Positions 15,041-28,452 of a DNA stretch of 64,000 nucleotides are shown in pieces; the stretch's first letter is position 1, and the number at the start of each line of letters is the position of its first letter. A program made the translations under genes and the position numbers. Source of the stretch: Octopus vulgaris (Eukaryota); NCBI GenBank assembly GCA_951406725.2, contig OX597821.1, positions 5,146,001 through 5,210,000 on the forward strand, written 5' to 3'. The notes under the pieces are model-generated. The model was given only the letters and a program-made list of their open reading frames with translations, was not told the origin of the DNA and searched no databases.

Positions 15041-15659
15041 TTATATTCTGCCTACCCGTAAACGGCAGTGAATTGTCAGTGTTGTTAACGTCTACAGTTT
15101 GACATCGTTAGGATACTTTTCTGACTCCTTTCGCTTTGTACTCAGAACCCCAACCGTACTTTACTTCTTTTTGTAACTGATAAAGCATTAATTCAGTATT
15201 TTATTACGATTCGTCTCGCTCAAGCATTCGTACGCTTAAACTTGTTTTCTCTCTCTTTGGAAGATATCGGCTATGGTCGGGCTCGGAGCGAGGAAGAACT
15301 CCGTCAGAATAACAAGTCGAACTCAGGACATACGTCATACCAACACTACTGAAGCTGCATCAATGATTGAAGGTTCAAGACAGGGAAAGAAAGACACAAG
15401 TACTTCAACAATTTTCTTGAATTCCGGGTTTTATCGAAGGAATATTTATTTGTGCGTCATCCTCAGTATTAATGACGTTCTAAGATGAAAATGTCTCTCT
15501 TCCTCTCTCTCGCGCGTTTTCATTCTCTTTATATGCTTGTGAGTTTGTAGTTATAGATATAGATAGTTTGTACACACACACGCACATACACACACACATA
15601 TATGTATGTATACATACATAGAAGCATACATAAATACATACATAAATACATGCATACAT

Positions 15660-16909
15660 TACTATGGCTGCCCCCTCGTTATCGAGTATGGCCATTGCAC
15701 GAAGCTTAACTGTTACTGGTACTGTGATCGAATGTGACTTTTTAGCCCAGCCAAAGATCTACAATGTCTTGTACAAAATTGGCAACTAAAACCTTTACTG
15801 GTAATAGCCGGCTGCAGTTGTAACTGGGCTTCATGTACCTTTGCATGTCGTTTAAGTCCTCCTGCCGAATTACACTCTCTTCCACATGCCCGACACATAT
15901 GATTAATATGGTGTGTTACGCCACAACCAATGGCCAGGTTGTCACTCATCTGTCTCGTTTTATGACCACGAAGATGACTCATGAGTCCAGCTTTACTGAG
16001 GTAGGGTCTTGCACGGACATTGCATGTCAGAATCAAAGGAAGACCCTTCCATTCTGAAATTGTAACAGCGATGCCCTTCCTAATATCCCTCCTTACTTTC
16101 TCATGTACAACTCGATATTTCTCAAACGTGGCTGTCCCCTCATGCACAATCCTTCTCCAACTGCTACGATCAATAGCTATGTCTTCCCATGTGTCTGGAG
16201 AGATGCAAGCATCTCTTAAGGAAGCCTTCAGCAAGTCCTTATACCTCTTTTTTGGTTTATGTGGAGGTCGTTCTCCTTTAGCTAACTCTCCATAAAAGAG
16301 TTATTTTGGCATCCTTGAATCCTTCATTCTGACCAGATGACCACTCCATCTGGGCCTTTGCTTTAAGACGAGAGCTTCTATACTTTCACAACGAGAGCCT
16401 TCGAGTATTTCAAAATCACTGATGCGGTTCTTCCACTTAATGCCATAGATCCTTCTGAGGCACATCTGATGTAAACGTTCTAGTTGTTTAAGGTAGTATC
16501 GATATGTGACCCACGTCTCGCAGGCATAGAGAAGAGAAGGGAGCACACATGCCTTTTACACCTTTATCTTTGTCTTTCTGCATATGTCTCGCCGACTCCA
16601 GAGGCGCTTTTCTAGCCTTCCGAAAGTAACACTTGCTTTCCTAATTCTATATGGAATTTCATCATCCACATTGCCATATCTATTAATATTGCTTCCCAGG
16701 TAGACAAACCGATCGACTACATCAAGTCGTTTACCATTCACATAGATATTTGGTACACTATACTGCTTACTAGGGGCAGGTTGATGGATGACAACAGTTT
16801 TCTTGAGATTGACTGTCAATCCTAAGGCAGTGCAATCATCAGAGAATGAATTCAAAATGTGTTGCATATCAATCTCCGTGTGCGCTACTAGCTCACAATC
16901 ATCAGCATA
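15660..16909 (-). mobile_element. 5'-truncated RTE-like LINE: RT C-terminal part plus three C2H2 zinc fingers (pseudogenised)
   Basis: YADD, FVYLGS, LLYACETW and RWSGHLVRM motifs; fingers CNVRARPYLSKAGLMSHLRGH, CRACGRECNSAGGLKRHAKVH, CQFCTRHCRSLAGLKSHIRS; in-frame stops. Confidence 0.9.
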
Positions 16910-16971
16910 CATGCATACATGCATACATACATACATGCATACACACATACATACATACATACATACATACA

Positions 16972-17002
<31 letters not shown>

Positions 17003-17880
17003 GTGCATATATACATACAGAGAAGTGGGGACATTGATGTCCAAGACTTGATACTGTCACTTGTTACAGACTTCGACCTATCATTTCCCTGCGACCCTCT
17101 ACGAATACAGTTTATCCATTAAATGCTTCCTCAGTGCCAATTATGCAACATTAGATGAACATGAAACAAATCTGATCTTTGAAAAAACCTTTTACTCCAA
17201 GACCTGGTCTTTTTTCTTTAAACATAACTAAACAGAAACATATGGAATCAGTATTTTCGTTCGAGATCTAACAAAATGTCTATAGGCAATCTGTACTTAA
17301 CATGCATCACCCATTAATCCAATTCTATATCTTTTGAAATATTAGGTCTTCCATTTTTTTTTCATAAAACTACAGTAAAAGGAATATTGAAATGTTTCAG
17401 GTTTGCTAGTGAGCATGTTTTTCTGAGGTTTGCTTTCTGTACTTCCACTAACCTAGTTAAACATGCTCTTACGCCTCATTTCTCTAATGCCATAGTCATA
17501 AGAAAATAGCGCCAAAGACTATTGTCGTGCTCTCCATAGCAACTGTGAGGAAATGAAGACGTTAACCCTTAATCTTTGTATTTGATCCCTATGCTGGCGA
17601 CTGTATGGATGCCATAAAAGCACTCAAGTATTAGATTGTGGTGGAACACCGCAACACAGATTACTGGGGATCGTGCCTGCCAACCATTTTCGCCTACTCA
17701 ACGTTTCCGCACATTATTCTGTACTCATTAGCGGTTTAGAGTGTTTCCCACAAATATTCATTCAAGTCTAATATATATAATTATACACATATAGAAACAT
17801 GTAAACACACACACACATATATCTTCATACATGTATGCATACATATATATATGTACATATATATATATATACATGTATAT

Positions 17881-18942
17881 AAGCAGAGAGAAGAGAGCTT
17901 CATTTGATCCGATGTGTTCATCAAGGTCAGATGACGAGATGGGAATAACATGTTGTTGATAGGAAGATAAGTTGGGATGAGATGTGGAAGTGAACGACAT
18001 CTCGGCTGAGTTTCCTGATTCGTTCATCTTATGATGTTTTGCCATCATCTAGTAAGATGGAACGTCTTAGAGAATGACATCTGCAAATGTGGAAAAGTCG
18101 GTACACTAAAACATATTCTTTCAAACTGTTCATTAGCATTGAACAGGTACACATGGAGGCACAACTTGGTCCTTAAGGTTATCTTCAATGCTATAAAGAA
18201 CCAAATTCATCTCAACAACACTGAGGAAAAATCGTTAAAAGTACCATCAAGAGAGTTCATTACCTTCGTGCGACCAGGTCAGCAGATCCGTTTCAAGAAG
18301 AAGACCAAGAAACTTCCTGAGAAAAATGAAAAGTGGAACGGCTATTGGGAGGTAACTGCAGATTTACTTGGGTGCCAGGTTTTCTTTCCCATCCCAGTTT
18401 CGGAAAAACCAGATATTTTGATGTGGTTTGAAAGAAAGAAAGTTGTAAATATAGTCGAGCTAACGGTTCCTCACGAAGATAATATGGACGCCGCTCGAGC
18501 TCGAAAATTAAACCGTTATGAAAACCTCCTCGAGGAATGTGAAGACGCAGGCTGGAAAGCGGAACATTTTCCTATCGAAGTCGGATGTAGAGGGTTTGTA
18601 GGACACAGCGTGAGACGACTGTTGTTATCGTTAGGCCTAACTCATCGTAAAGTCAATACCACCATGACTGATATCCAATCTACAGTGGAGAAGGCTAGCC
18701 ACTGGATTTGGTTAAAAAGAGACGATGAGCGATGGCTAGAAGTATATTGAGTTCTTCATAACCAGCTGATCTAGCAAGCGGGGCCTCATATCAGTGTGGG
18801 GGGCCGGTGCGCATTGATGCCGTCGAGAGGTAGGCCCCGTAACGGCGCACATTCTCTCCTGATGACCCCATACACTTGCTAGCTTCCGATATACGGAGCT
18901 TTTAACTGGTAGCACTTGCATGTGCAAGTTGTTGGCAAGACA
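17881..18942 (+). mobile_element. 5'-truncated HERO-type LINE (zinc knuckle plus restriction-like endonuclease) in (TA)n
   Basis: ORF 18031-18750: CKCG..LKHILSNC, YTWRHNLVL, KPDI, IVELTVPHE, K..RY, FPIEVGCRG, WIWLKR; TA repeats on both sides. Confidence 0.88.
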
Positions 18943-19036
<94 letters not shown>

Positions 19037-19048
19037 ACATACATATTC

Positions 19049-19383
19049 ACTGAAGCTCCGGCGTCTGGCGACGGACTTGGTAAACACCCACAAGGTTATC
19101 AACCACCTCACCAACAACAACACTGAACACCTTTTTGATCTCCATGTGTCTAACACACGTGGACATGCCTACAAAGTCAGAAAACAGCACAGCTCCCATG
19201 ACTTTCGGAAACATCTTTTCACGCTCGGGGTTGCTGAAGCGTGGAATAAACTGCCTGCATCAGTTGTTGACTGCCATGACACGGCATCCTTTAAGGCCCT
19301 CATGCTTCCCGAAATCCGTCGAAACTACACCTGATTATATATACACTTTAGATGAGTTGTAGTGCACCTGAGCACTGTACACA

Positions 19384-19408
<25 letters not shown>
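19049..19408 (+). mobile_element. CR1-clade LINE 3' fragment with (ATT)n tail
   Basis: NTRGHAYKV..FRKHLFT..AEAWNKLP motif; second copy at 25390. Confidence 0.85.
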
Positions 19409-19417
<9 letters not shown>

Positions 19418-19506
19418 GGAGAATTCATGAAGAAAACAAAAGACGAAGACAGGTGGTGTAGAAAACAAACAGATATATTAATATAACGCTCGGGAATTGA
19501 AAAAAT

Positions 19507-19542
19507 CTTTAACGTTTCGAGCCTACGTTCTTACACAGAAAG
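19507..19542 (-). ncRNA. Degenerate minimal hammerhead ribozyme in a short PLE-like insert (about 19415-19585)
   Basis: Minus strand cttt-ctgtgta-agaacgtaggctc-GAAACGT-T-aaag; stem I cttt/aaag, palindromic AACGTT, mutated core. Confidence 0.45.
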
Positions 19543-19641
19543 GAACACAGAAAGAAACAAGGAGAGAAACAGGGAGAGAGAAAAATATATATATAGACAT
19601 GCATACATGCACACATATATACATGCATACATATATATAGA

Positions 19642-20277
19642 CTAGCAGTATCGCCCGGCGTTGCTCGGGTTTGTAAGGGAAATAACTATATAAGCATTTT
19701 TAGAGAGTTATAGCCAAAAAATAGCAAAAAATGCATTCAAAATGGAAAAAATATGATGGTAAATTTTTTTAGAAATCGTTGACTCATCGTAGACATTTTA
19801 GAGAGTTACTTCCCTTATATAATAGCGAAAAAATGCATTAAAATGGAAAAAAAACGATGGTAAATTTTTTTTTAAATCGTAGACTCATGTAGACGCTTTC
19901 TTAGCCATTTCTGTTTTGGTGTCTTCAAGCCATGAAGTCGTTGTTCTAAAAGAACGCTGGTCTCCTTGACAACGCATTACGACGTTGATTTCCTTACACT
20001 CCCTTCCCCACAGGTGCAGGTGTGAGCGTGGACGCCAACTCCGCCGCCATCGACACACGAAAAATTATGCATTAAAATGGAATAAAAAATTATGTTAAAT
20101 TATTTTTAAAATCGTAGACTCATCGTAGATGCACGCTAATACTCAGACGGGCTCGATATGAATCACGACTATAAGCTACCCGAATTTGGTTAAACTGCAC
20201 CGCAAAATGTGGGAGTAGTTAGGAATCTAAATCGAAGGGGACAGACACTCACACAACTACAGTTTTATATATATAGA
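19642..20277 (-). mobile_element. Non-autonomous Helitron
   Basis: Minus strand has 5'-TC, 3'-CTAG and subterminal hairpin cccgagcaacgccggg; inserted between A and T; homologous to 41022-41418. Confidence 0.85.
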
Positions 20278-20329
20278 TATACATAGCGCAGTAGTGGTGA
20301 GATGTGACAGCAAAGAAAAGCATACATTC

Positions 20330-20890
20330 ACTCTCTGCATGCAATTAGACTCGGAAAGTTCGTGAGGAACCCATTGACCCAATTTGCTGACTTTTCCGAT
20401 AGCACACAGGTCTCAATGAATGGTTGAATGACCAAATCCAAGCTTCTCTGCTAGTTCCTCAACAGTTACGATGAGATTTTGTTCCACCAGGGTTTTCAGT
20501 ATGTCCTTGTCGAGTTCTACAGATCTTTCAGGATGAGGCTCGTCTTCTAGGCTGTAGTTTATGGCTCGGAATTTCTGGAACCACCATTGACACTGCCATA
20601 CGCTTATTGTCCAATCCCCATATACTGCATTAATATTTCTTGTACTTTCCGTTGCGTTGTTGTCTTTATTGAACTCATAAAGCAAAATATGCCAAATATG
20701 CTCCTTTGTTACTTCCAATATAGCTTTGAAAAAAATAGCTGTTAAAATCGAAATGCACTCTTCAAAACTTGCACTATGAATAAGGACAAGATAAAATTAC
20801 TACCTGCTTTTATAGCAAGTTAATATAAGTAGTTTATCCCATTCCCCTCTGACTTTTAGTTCAAGCTGTTGAAAAAACCGCATTATTATA
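20330..20890 (-). mobile_element. Mariner 5' fragment (transposase N-terminal HTH; ORF 20413-20718)
   Basis: EHIWHILLYEF..WFQKFRAINYSLEDEP..TVEELAEKLG. Confidence 0.85.
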
Positions 20891-21166
20891 TATATATACA
20901 TACATACATACATACATATACACACACACACTCTCTCTCTCACACACATGCACACATTTATATTCTGTTATTCTTTTATATGTTTCAGCCTTGAGGTTGT
21001 GGCCATGCTGGATCATGTGTGTGTGTGTCTATCTGTCTGTCTGTCTGTATGTATATATGTATATGTATGTGTGTGAACAATAATATTTTCAACAGATGTG
21101 TTGCAAATGTATCTGATTGTTCTCAAGCTTCAATACTGTGTGTATGTGTGTGTGTATGTATGTATG

Positions 21167-21198
<32 letters not shown>

Positions 21199-21989
21199 TG
21201 TATGTGTGTATGTATATATGTGTGTGTGTATGTATGTATGTATGTAGGTATGTATGTATGTATGTATGTATGTATGTATGTATGTATGTATGAGTGTATG
21301 TTTACTTTATTACTAACACAAGCCACTACGGTTATTTAATGTAAAGTCTTCGTCAAATCACTATCTCTGGCTATTTACTCTCTTCCAAGAACATTTTCAC
21401 TCACACTTATGTGTTAGCTTCCCATACATTTTACTCATGTATCTATCAGCGTGATAGAGAGAAACAAATATTACATCTAGTTTCACTTTATTCGTTGCCC
21501 ACTGTGTGTGTGCGTTTGCGTGTGGTGTAAACCAGACTAAGAAAAGCATTTGACACACACACCAGAATGTGAGTTTTCTGTAAATTTTGCTTAATTGGAG
21601 TTTAAATTTTAAAAACTGGACCTGGCATGACGCGATGCATTGTACTCTCAAAAATGCTAGGTAAATTGTAATTGAAGAAATCCTATATTGTAGATTTGTA
21701 TAACTCCCAAAGGGAGGCAGATAAAATCTGCCTTTTATAATAAGAGATATATGCAAATATAAATGTATGCAGGAATGCATACATGCATAGTGTGGGTCTC
21801 TGTATGCGAACATAATGCGTTCCGGAGACCTGTTCGCTAACAACAAGTTCGTTACATGAGTAATTATAATACTTATAAATAGAAGTAATCCATACCAGAG
21901 CTGCGCCCAAACTCCACAGAAGGACATGAAATGATGTTTATTCGTCCATCCATGAATATCAAATGCATAATTATATATGTGAGCGCGTG

Positions 21990-22215
21990 TCTGTGTGGTA
22001 AGAAGCTTTCTTCACAACTAAATGCTTCCGGCGTCAGTCCAACAGCGTAGCACATTGGGCAAGTGTGTTCTCCTATAACCTCTGGACAACCAAAGCTTCG
22101 TGAGTGGATTTGGTAGATGAAAACCGAAAGAAGCCCGTCGTATATGTATATACATATACGTGTGTGTGTGTGTATGTGTGTGTCCCCCACTACTTGACAA
22201 CCGTGAAAGCCATGT
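21990..22215 (+). mobile_element. SINE family A, 5' part
   Basis: gtgtggtaagaagc..gtgagtggatttggtag..aagaagcccgtcg. Confidence 0.75.
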
Positions 22216-22254
22216 AAGTGTGTTTGCAGTCTACTCGTGACTTTTTCCTCTCCT

Positions 22255-22291
<37 letters not shown>

Positions 22292-23819
22292 CATATATAT
22301 CCATATCCTATGGTTTTCTGCTTGCTTTAGTTGTGTGCCGCTCTATACTTTGCTAATAGGATCAGAGGAACATGGTGTTTGTTTACATTTAAGCTCATGG
22401 AAAACAATTATAAATACTTTGTGATATTTTGCTGTGTAATGTTTGCCTATAACTTCTGACGTACCTTTGCCGGAATTTGCTTTATATAGACAAATACTGA
22501 ACATTTAATAATTAATCTATAGACACTGAAAAGCCATAGCATTACTGTCGCGAAAAACGGAAGGGATTGGCAAATAACCAGTAGCGTGTTTATTCATAGG
22601 TTTTAATAATATGACTCTTACAAAATATAAACATATTGTTTACAATATACGGTTCCGGATCAAACACCTTGTAAAAACAACAAAACAAATGATCAAAGAA
22701 AAGATATCCTAGACTTTATGCTAATGGAGCGAAAATATTCTTCATTTGAAATATTGAGGTAAGGCTTTGGAATTCTATCATCTGACCAAGCATGAAATTT
22801 AATAAAATATTTTGTAAGATTCTAACCCTATTACTGTTATCTGAAGTTTAATAAAATACTGTTTATTACTAAACTACTTATCTCCATTTTAAATATGAAG
22901 TTTAATAAAATAGTTTGTTATCACAATTCAGAGAACAACAGAAAACAATATGCTTTCGAAGAATAGAACTTAAAAGATGGAAGCAATTCAAAAATTGTAC
23001 TCACCAAGATAATATTTGTCAATGAGTCAGTTCTGCATTTTTTGTGCTCAACAGTTAACATCCTTGCTCACACGGAGCTGTTGACTTTACAACGGTGTGG
23101 CGTCTGAGTAATTAATGCCTAAAGGGTTTGGCTGCTGATGCCTAATACGCCATCTTTTCATGAATACTCTAGTTATTATATTGTCATAACTACACTGACA
23201 CGTAGATGAATTAAATGTTTTGTGTTATGAGGTTTCTAAGACTGAAACATGTCTGAAGTTGACTTCGGTGAGTCAAATTTCTGAAAATAATTGAGCGACT
23301 GCTTACTTTTTGTCGCTGTATTTATTTCCTATTTATATGTTTTGTCTTAGACTTTTCCTTAAAATATCTCTCTTAAAAATCAATAATTTTGCTTCTACTA
23401 ATTCTAGAAATAATGAAGAATTTCGTTAATTAAATTCATCAACTATTTGGAACATCAAATAATATGAAGTTTTGATGGAAGGTTTACGTTTATTTCGCGT
23501 TAGAATCGTGAGTTACCATTATGGGTTGGTTTCAAAGAGATTTTATTATGTTTTTCCCGCGACTAAAGAAAGTAGTCAATATCTTCTATGATACTATTAA
23601 ATTCCAAAATATGTTGTGTTGCGCTAAGAACATATTGAAAATATTTTAGTTTGGAACATTTCAGATGATAATAATAATGAGGTCATGCTGTGAAACAATA
23701 TTGAGGTGGCGATGTGATGACATGATTATGTCTGGACGAGGTTTCAGCGCAGGTATTTCATATATTGATTGATTCATTCTTACATAGATATAAGTGGAAG
23801 AAAATTTAATTGTATATTG

Positions 23820-24045
23820 ATAGATAGATGATAGATAGATAGATAGATAGATAGACAAGTACGTAGGTAGGTCGATAGGTAGGTAGGTAGGTAGGTAGGT
23901 AGATATGTAGATAGGTAGGTAGGTAGATATGTAGATAGATAGGTAGGTAGGTAGGTAGATATGTAGATAGGTAGGTAGGTAGGTAGGTAGGTAGGTAGGT
24001 AGGTAGGTAGGTAGGTAGGTAGGTAGGTAGGTAGGCAGGTAGATA
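23820..24045. repeat. (GATA)n/(GGTA)n microsatellite
   Basis: Read directly. Confidence 0.95.
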
Positions 24046-24926
24046 TAGATCTATATAAATATTATATATATATATGAGTAGGTATATATAGCCATATATC
24101 TATGTATGTACACGCAAACACATACATACATGTATACATATATGTGTGTATGTATCTGTGTATGTATCATAAATACACATTAGCAGAGGTGAAAGTAAAA
24201 CTGGACGCAACCGAGAATAGAACAAGGACATTGGTGCGGTTCGTTAAGATTTCACCTTCAAATCTGTGTGGCTTGCCATTTCAAACATCTAAACGTTAAC
24301 ACTTTTGTCTACGGGTCACTGATAAACGACAATATGTAAACCTTTCCATGTATGTGCTTATATATATCTACATATATATATATATATCTACATATTTATA
24401 TATATATATACATAAACATATGTGTATGTAAGTGTGAAAGACGTTGATGACTGATTAAAGACAATATTTTATTGCAATAACTTCTTATCGGCCGATCGAA
24501 TTATTTGGAAATATTTCAGTGTCACGTCATACATGGTGCCAAACACTTCGAATTTTAAAGATACGCGACCTGTTTCATGACCCCATGAAATGAAATGCTC
24601 AATGATCTCGAATAGTGATAATGAGTTTCCGAATTGGAAAACATTACTCCTATATAATGTATGTTTTCTGTATGGTTTTGTTGATTTCATCTATTGATCT
24701 GCTCCTATAATATAGATCTATGATTGATAGATAGTTTCCTTATTGTATTTCTCTTTCATGAATGATCGGTTGATTTATATAAAATATATAACACAGTAAA
24801 TGTAACGCTTTGTTAATGACCTCATTAATTACATTATTGAACGAAAGGCCGAATATATACATATATGTATATACATGCATAAAATGCTTGTATGTATGTA
24901 TGTATGTATGTATGTATGTATGTATG

Positions 24927-24958
<32 letters not shown>

Positions 24959-25389
24959 GGGGGAGAGTGCAGGTGTGTGCGTCTGTCCGGCTGTGTGTCA
25001 TATATAGAATTTATATAAAATTTAATGAAGGAAATGAAATATCATATTATTATGGCTAATATGAAGCATTTACATTTGACAAATATAGGAGTTTCTTAAA
25101 TTATACACTAGTTTTCATGACATCTTTTGACATCTCAAAGTTATATATATCATATTTCACGCTATACTATAATAAAATATGACTCACAAATATTGAACTT
25201 CTAGATACCGATATAATCAATTCTCTTTTCATTGCCCACCATTGCATCAGCCAATTATCAAAGCATTTGATTACGCCATCATATGCCTCTTTGCTTCACA
25301 TCTACTGGGTAGTTGGAGAGCATAGGTCTCCTCGTTCAAATTTCCTGCATCTGCACAGGCTGTTCTCATGGGTGCTACTTTACATTGAA

Positions 25390-25832
25390 ACTCCGACGTC
25401 GGGCAGTTGACTTGGCAGGCACCCATAAAATTATTAACCATCTTACAAACAATAACTCTGAGCACCTTTTCAAATTCCACCTGTCTAACACCCGTGGACA
25501 TGTTTACAAAATCAGAAAACAGCACAGCTCCCATGACTTTCGGAAACATTTTTTCACGCTGAGAGTTGCTGAAGCATGGAACAAACTGCCGGCATCAGTT
25601 GTTAGTTGTCGGAGCACTGGATCCTTCAAATCATCCATGCTTCCTGAGATTCGCCAACACTACACCTGATTTTCTCCCCTCCATACACACGCAAGCATGT
25701 ATCTGACTCATACACTGTTCGCTTTCCAGACATTTGTACATTACTGCATATACTTTATGCGCACTTTCTGACAAGTTGTAGTGCACCTGACCACTGTATA
25801 CAATAATTTCATTATTATTATTATTATTATAT
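25390..25832 (+). mobile_element. CR1-clade LINE 3' fragment with (ATT)n tail
   Basis: HKIINHL..NTRGHVYKIRKQ..FRKHFFTLRVAEAWNKLP; gtagtgcacctga 3' UTR shared with the 19049 copy. Confidence 0.88.
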
Positions 25833-26325
25833 TCATAATCTCAAGAGAGTTCATATATTTCTCTGTTACCTTTATTGCCATCCATTGTCGGAGTATTAAG
25901 CTTCGAATGGGTAGAACAAATGACATAATCATTGGAATACGCAGCCAGTTATTCCTTAATTCAAGAGTATGGAATTGAGTTGAACACAGAACTGAATTTC
26001 CATCGAGGAAACCGATGACAGATCCATCCATCGATTAGGTAAATAAACTCTTCGATTAGATCGATCTCTCCATGTATTCATAAATTCTTTTATCTTTTAC
26101 TTTATGCATTCATTGAATTGTGGCCTTGATGGAGCATCGCCTTCAGGTATTTAGACAAACAAGTCTATCCCAGTACTAATTTTAAAATTTTGGTACTTAC
26201 TCTCACGATCGCTTTTGTCGAATTGCTAATGTTACAGGGAGGTAAACAAAACAATACAGGTTGTCAAGCGTTTGGTGGGGACAAAGGTAAAACTACTAAA
26301 GCACACATACGAATATACATATTTA

Positions 26326-26369
<44 letters not shown>

Positions 26370-26372
<3 letters not shown>

Positions 26373-26733
26373 CATAAGGGACTAAAGCCATCTGAATATG
26401 GCTAGGGACAGGGCAGGGTGGTGGGGGTGTTACTGTTGCATTTAGCCCCAGGCGAACATCGACGTCACCAGAAAGGCTCGACACCGTCACGGTGCCCTAA
26501 ACCTGCAAAGGGAGGTAATTCCCCGATGATAGGCAATACACCTTGAAACCATGGTCCGTGTGTGGTTTCCGCTTCATCGGGGAATTACCTCCCTTTGCAG
26601 GTTTAGGGTACCGTGACGGTGTCGAGCCTTTCTGGTGACGTCGATGTTCGCCTGGGGCTAAATGCAACAGTAACACCCCCACCACCCTGCCCTGTCCCTA
26701 GCCATATTCAGATGGCTTTAGTCCCTTATGTTA
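26370..26733. mobile_element. Fold-back element (160-bp arms, 44-nt loop) in (TA)n with a hammerhead core in the loop (26523-26556 +)
   Basis: Arms 26370-26529 / 26574-26733 are nearly identical inverted; CCGATGA-taggcaatacacctt-GAAACCATGGT-C. Confidence 0.8.
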
Positions 26734-26776
26734 TCGAGCAGTTACTGTCTATATCCCTTTTAGAGAATTATTATTG

Positions 26777-26826
<50 letters not shown>

Positions 26827-26828
<2 letters not shown>

Positions 26829-27117
26829 TAAAACGGTAAGATAACAAAAGAAAGAAAGAGACCTCAATATTATGTAAATAGAGGAAATTTATCTATACAA
26901 TAATATGTTACGTTACTCGATAGTGACGATAAACCTCTGAGTTTCAGATATGCCGAAGTGGGAATCCACGACATCTCTTCGGTTATCTGGCTATTTGAAA
27001 ACGCTATGAAAAAATAGCGTCTTCAAATAGGCAGATAACCGAAGAGATGTCGTGGATTCCCACTTCGGCATCTGAAACTCAGAGTTTTATCTTGACTATC
27101 GAGTAATGTAACATATT

Positions 27118-27122
<5 letters not shown>
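26827..27122. mobile_element. Fold-back element in (TA)n carrying a hammerhead-like motif in each arm
   Basis: Arms about 26895-27007 / 27015-27124 are inverted. Confidence 0.8.
27034..27091 (+). ncRNA. Type I hammerhead ribozyme variant (CCGAAGA core)
   Basis: gataa-CCGAAGA-gatgtcg..cggcatct-GAAACTCAGAGT-T-ttatc; stems I, II and III can all form. Confidence 0.65.
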
Positions 27123-27173
<51 letters not shown>

Positions 27174-27188
27174 CAGATATATGGACTC

Positions 27189-27248
<60 letters not shown>

Positions 27249-27610
27249 ATGTTTGTGTGTCTGTGTCTGTGTCTGTATATATATATATACATACGTGTGT
27301 GTGTGTGCGCAGCGCGTGTATACACACACACATATATGTATTTATATACACGGTTTCGCCCTTCAAAATTTACTGAAAAAGGTGTTCGCCGGCGAGGGCC
27401 TATAGTAAAAGACAGTTACGCAAGTGGCCATGCAGTGGCTATGCAGGGTAACTGAACTCGAGAAGAAGTGGTAACAAATATACTTTACTTGTAGTAAAAT
27501 ATATTCCTATGATTAAAGTAAGTAGCTTTCGCGAAAGAGTTTTATGAATAACTGGAAATCTGTGTAGTTAGCAGCCGAGCCGGAGTTTCTGGCTCGTTAA
27601 TCTCCCACAG

Positions 27611-27653
27611 TTTCCGTTTAGAAGTCGGTGAAATCCGGTATCCGAGGAAACTG
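27611..27653 (+). CDS. Candidate small exon (FRLEVGEIRYPRKL)
   Basis: Acceptor tctcccacag and donor CTG|gtgagt in GC-richer unique sequence; no homology recognised. Confidence 0.25.
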
Positions 27654-28009
27654 GTGAGTTTCCGTTCAAGCTTTCCTTTTCAACGAGGTTTCTTAGCTTA
27701 TAGACATATAATACAAGGTGATTTATTTTATAACCGCCAAATATTAGTTACTTCGATCACAAATGTTGTGAAATTAATCATGGTTTAAATACTATAAGCA
27801 ATTGTCGCTTTCTCAAAAACTTCTTTATTGCTCATTATACAACTTGATTGTTTTTATTTTACAAAAAGTCTTCAATATAGCATTTATTATATAAATAATT
27901 TAGTACCCAGAATATCGATACATATTTATTTATCTATCCATCTATCCAAACACCCACTCACATACATACATACGTACATACATACATATATACATATATA
28001 CATATATAT

Positions 28010-28265
28010 ACTCTTTTACTCTTTTAATTGCTTCAGTTATTTGACAGTGGTCATACTGGAGCACGGCCTTTAGTCGGGGAAATCTACACCAGGACTTATT
28101 CTTTGTAAGCCTAGTACTTATTTTATCGGCCTCTCTTGCCGAACCGCTAAGTTGCAGGTCGTAAACTCACCAGCATCGGTTGTCAAGCGATGTTAGGGGG
28201 ACAAACACAGACACAGAAACATATAGCACACACACACACACATACATATAAATATTTATGTATAA

Positions 28266-28296
<31 letters not shown>

Positions 28297-28438
28297 CGAC
28301 GGGACTCTTTCAGTTTCCGTCTACCAACTCCACTGTGAAGGTTTTGGTCGGCCCGAGGCTATAGTAGAAGACACTTCACGCAGTGGGACTGAATCCGGAA
28401 CCATTTGGTTCGTAAGCAAGCTACTTACCACACAGTCA
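28010..28438 (-). mobile_element. SINE family A
   Basis: Reverse complement of the 13084 family. Confidence 0.85.
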
Positions 28439-28452
28439 CTCATATATATATC

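Noticed and set aside
18825-18900. CTGATGA in the HERO 3' UTR as a possible hammerhead
   Set aside because: No compatible GAAA and stem II arrangement in either copy
21397-21927. 176-aa ORF with a hydrophobic N-terminus
   Set aside because: No recognisable domain; runs through low-complexity AT-rich sequence
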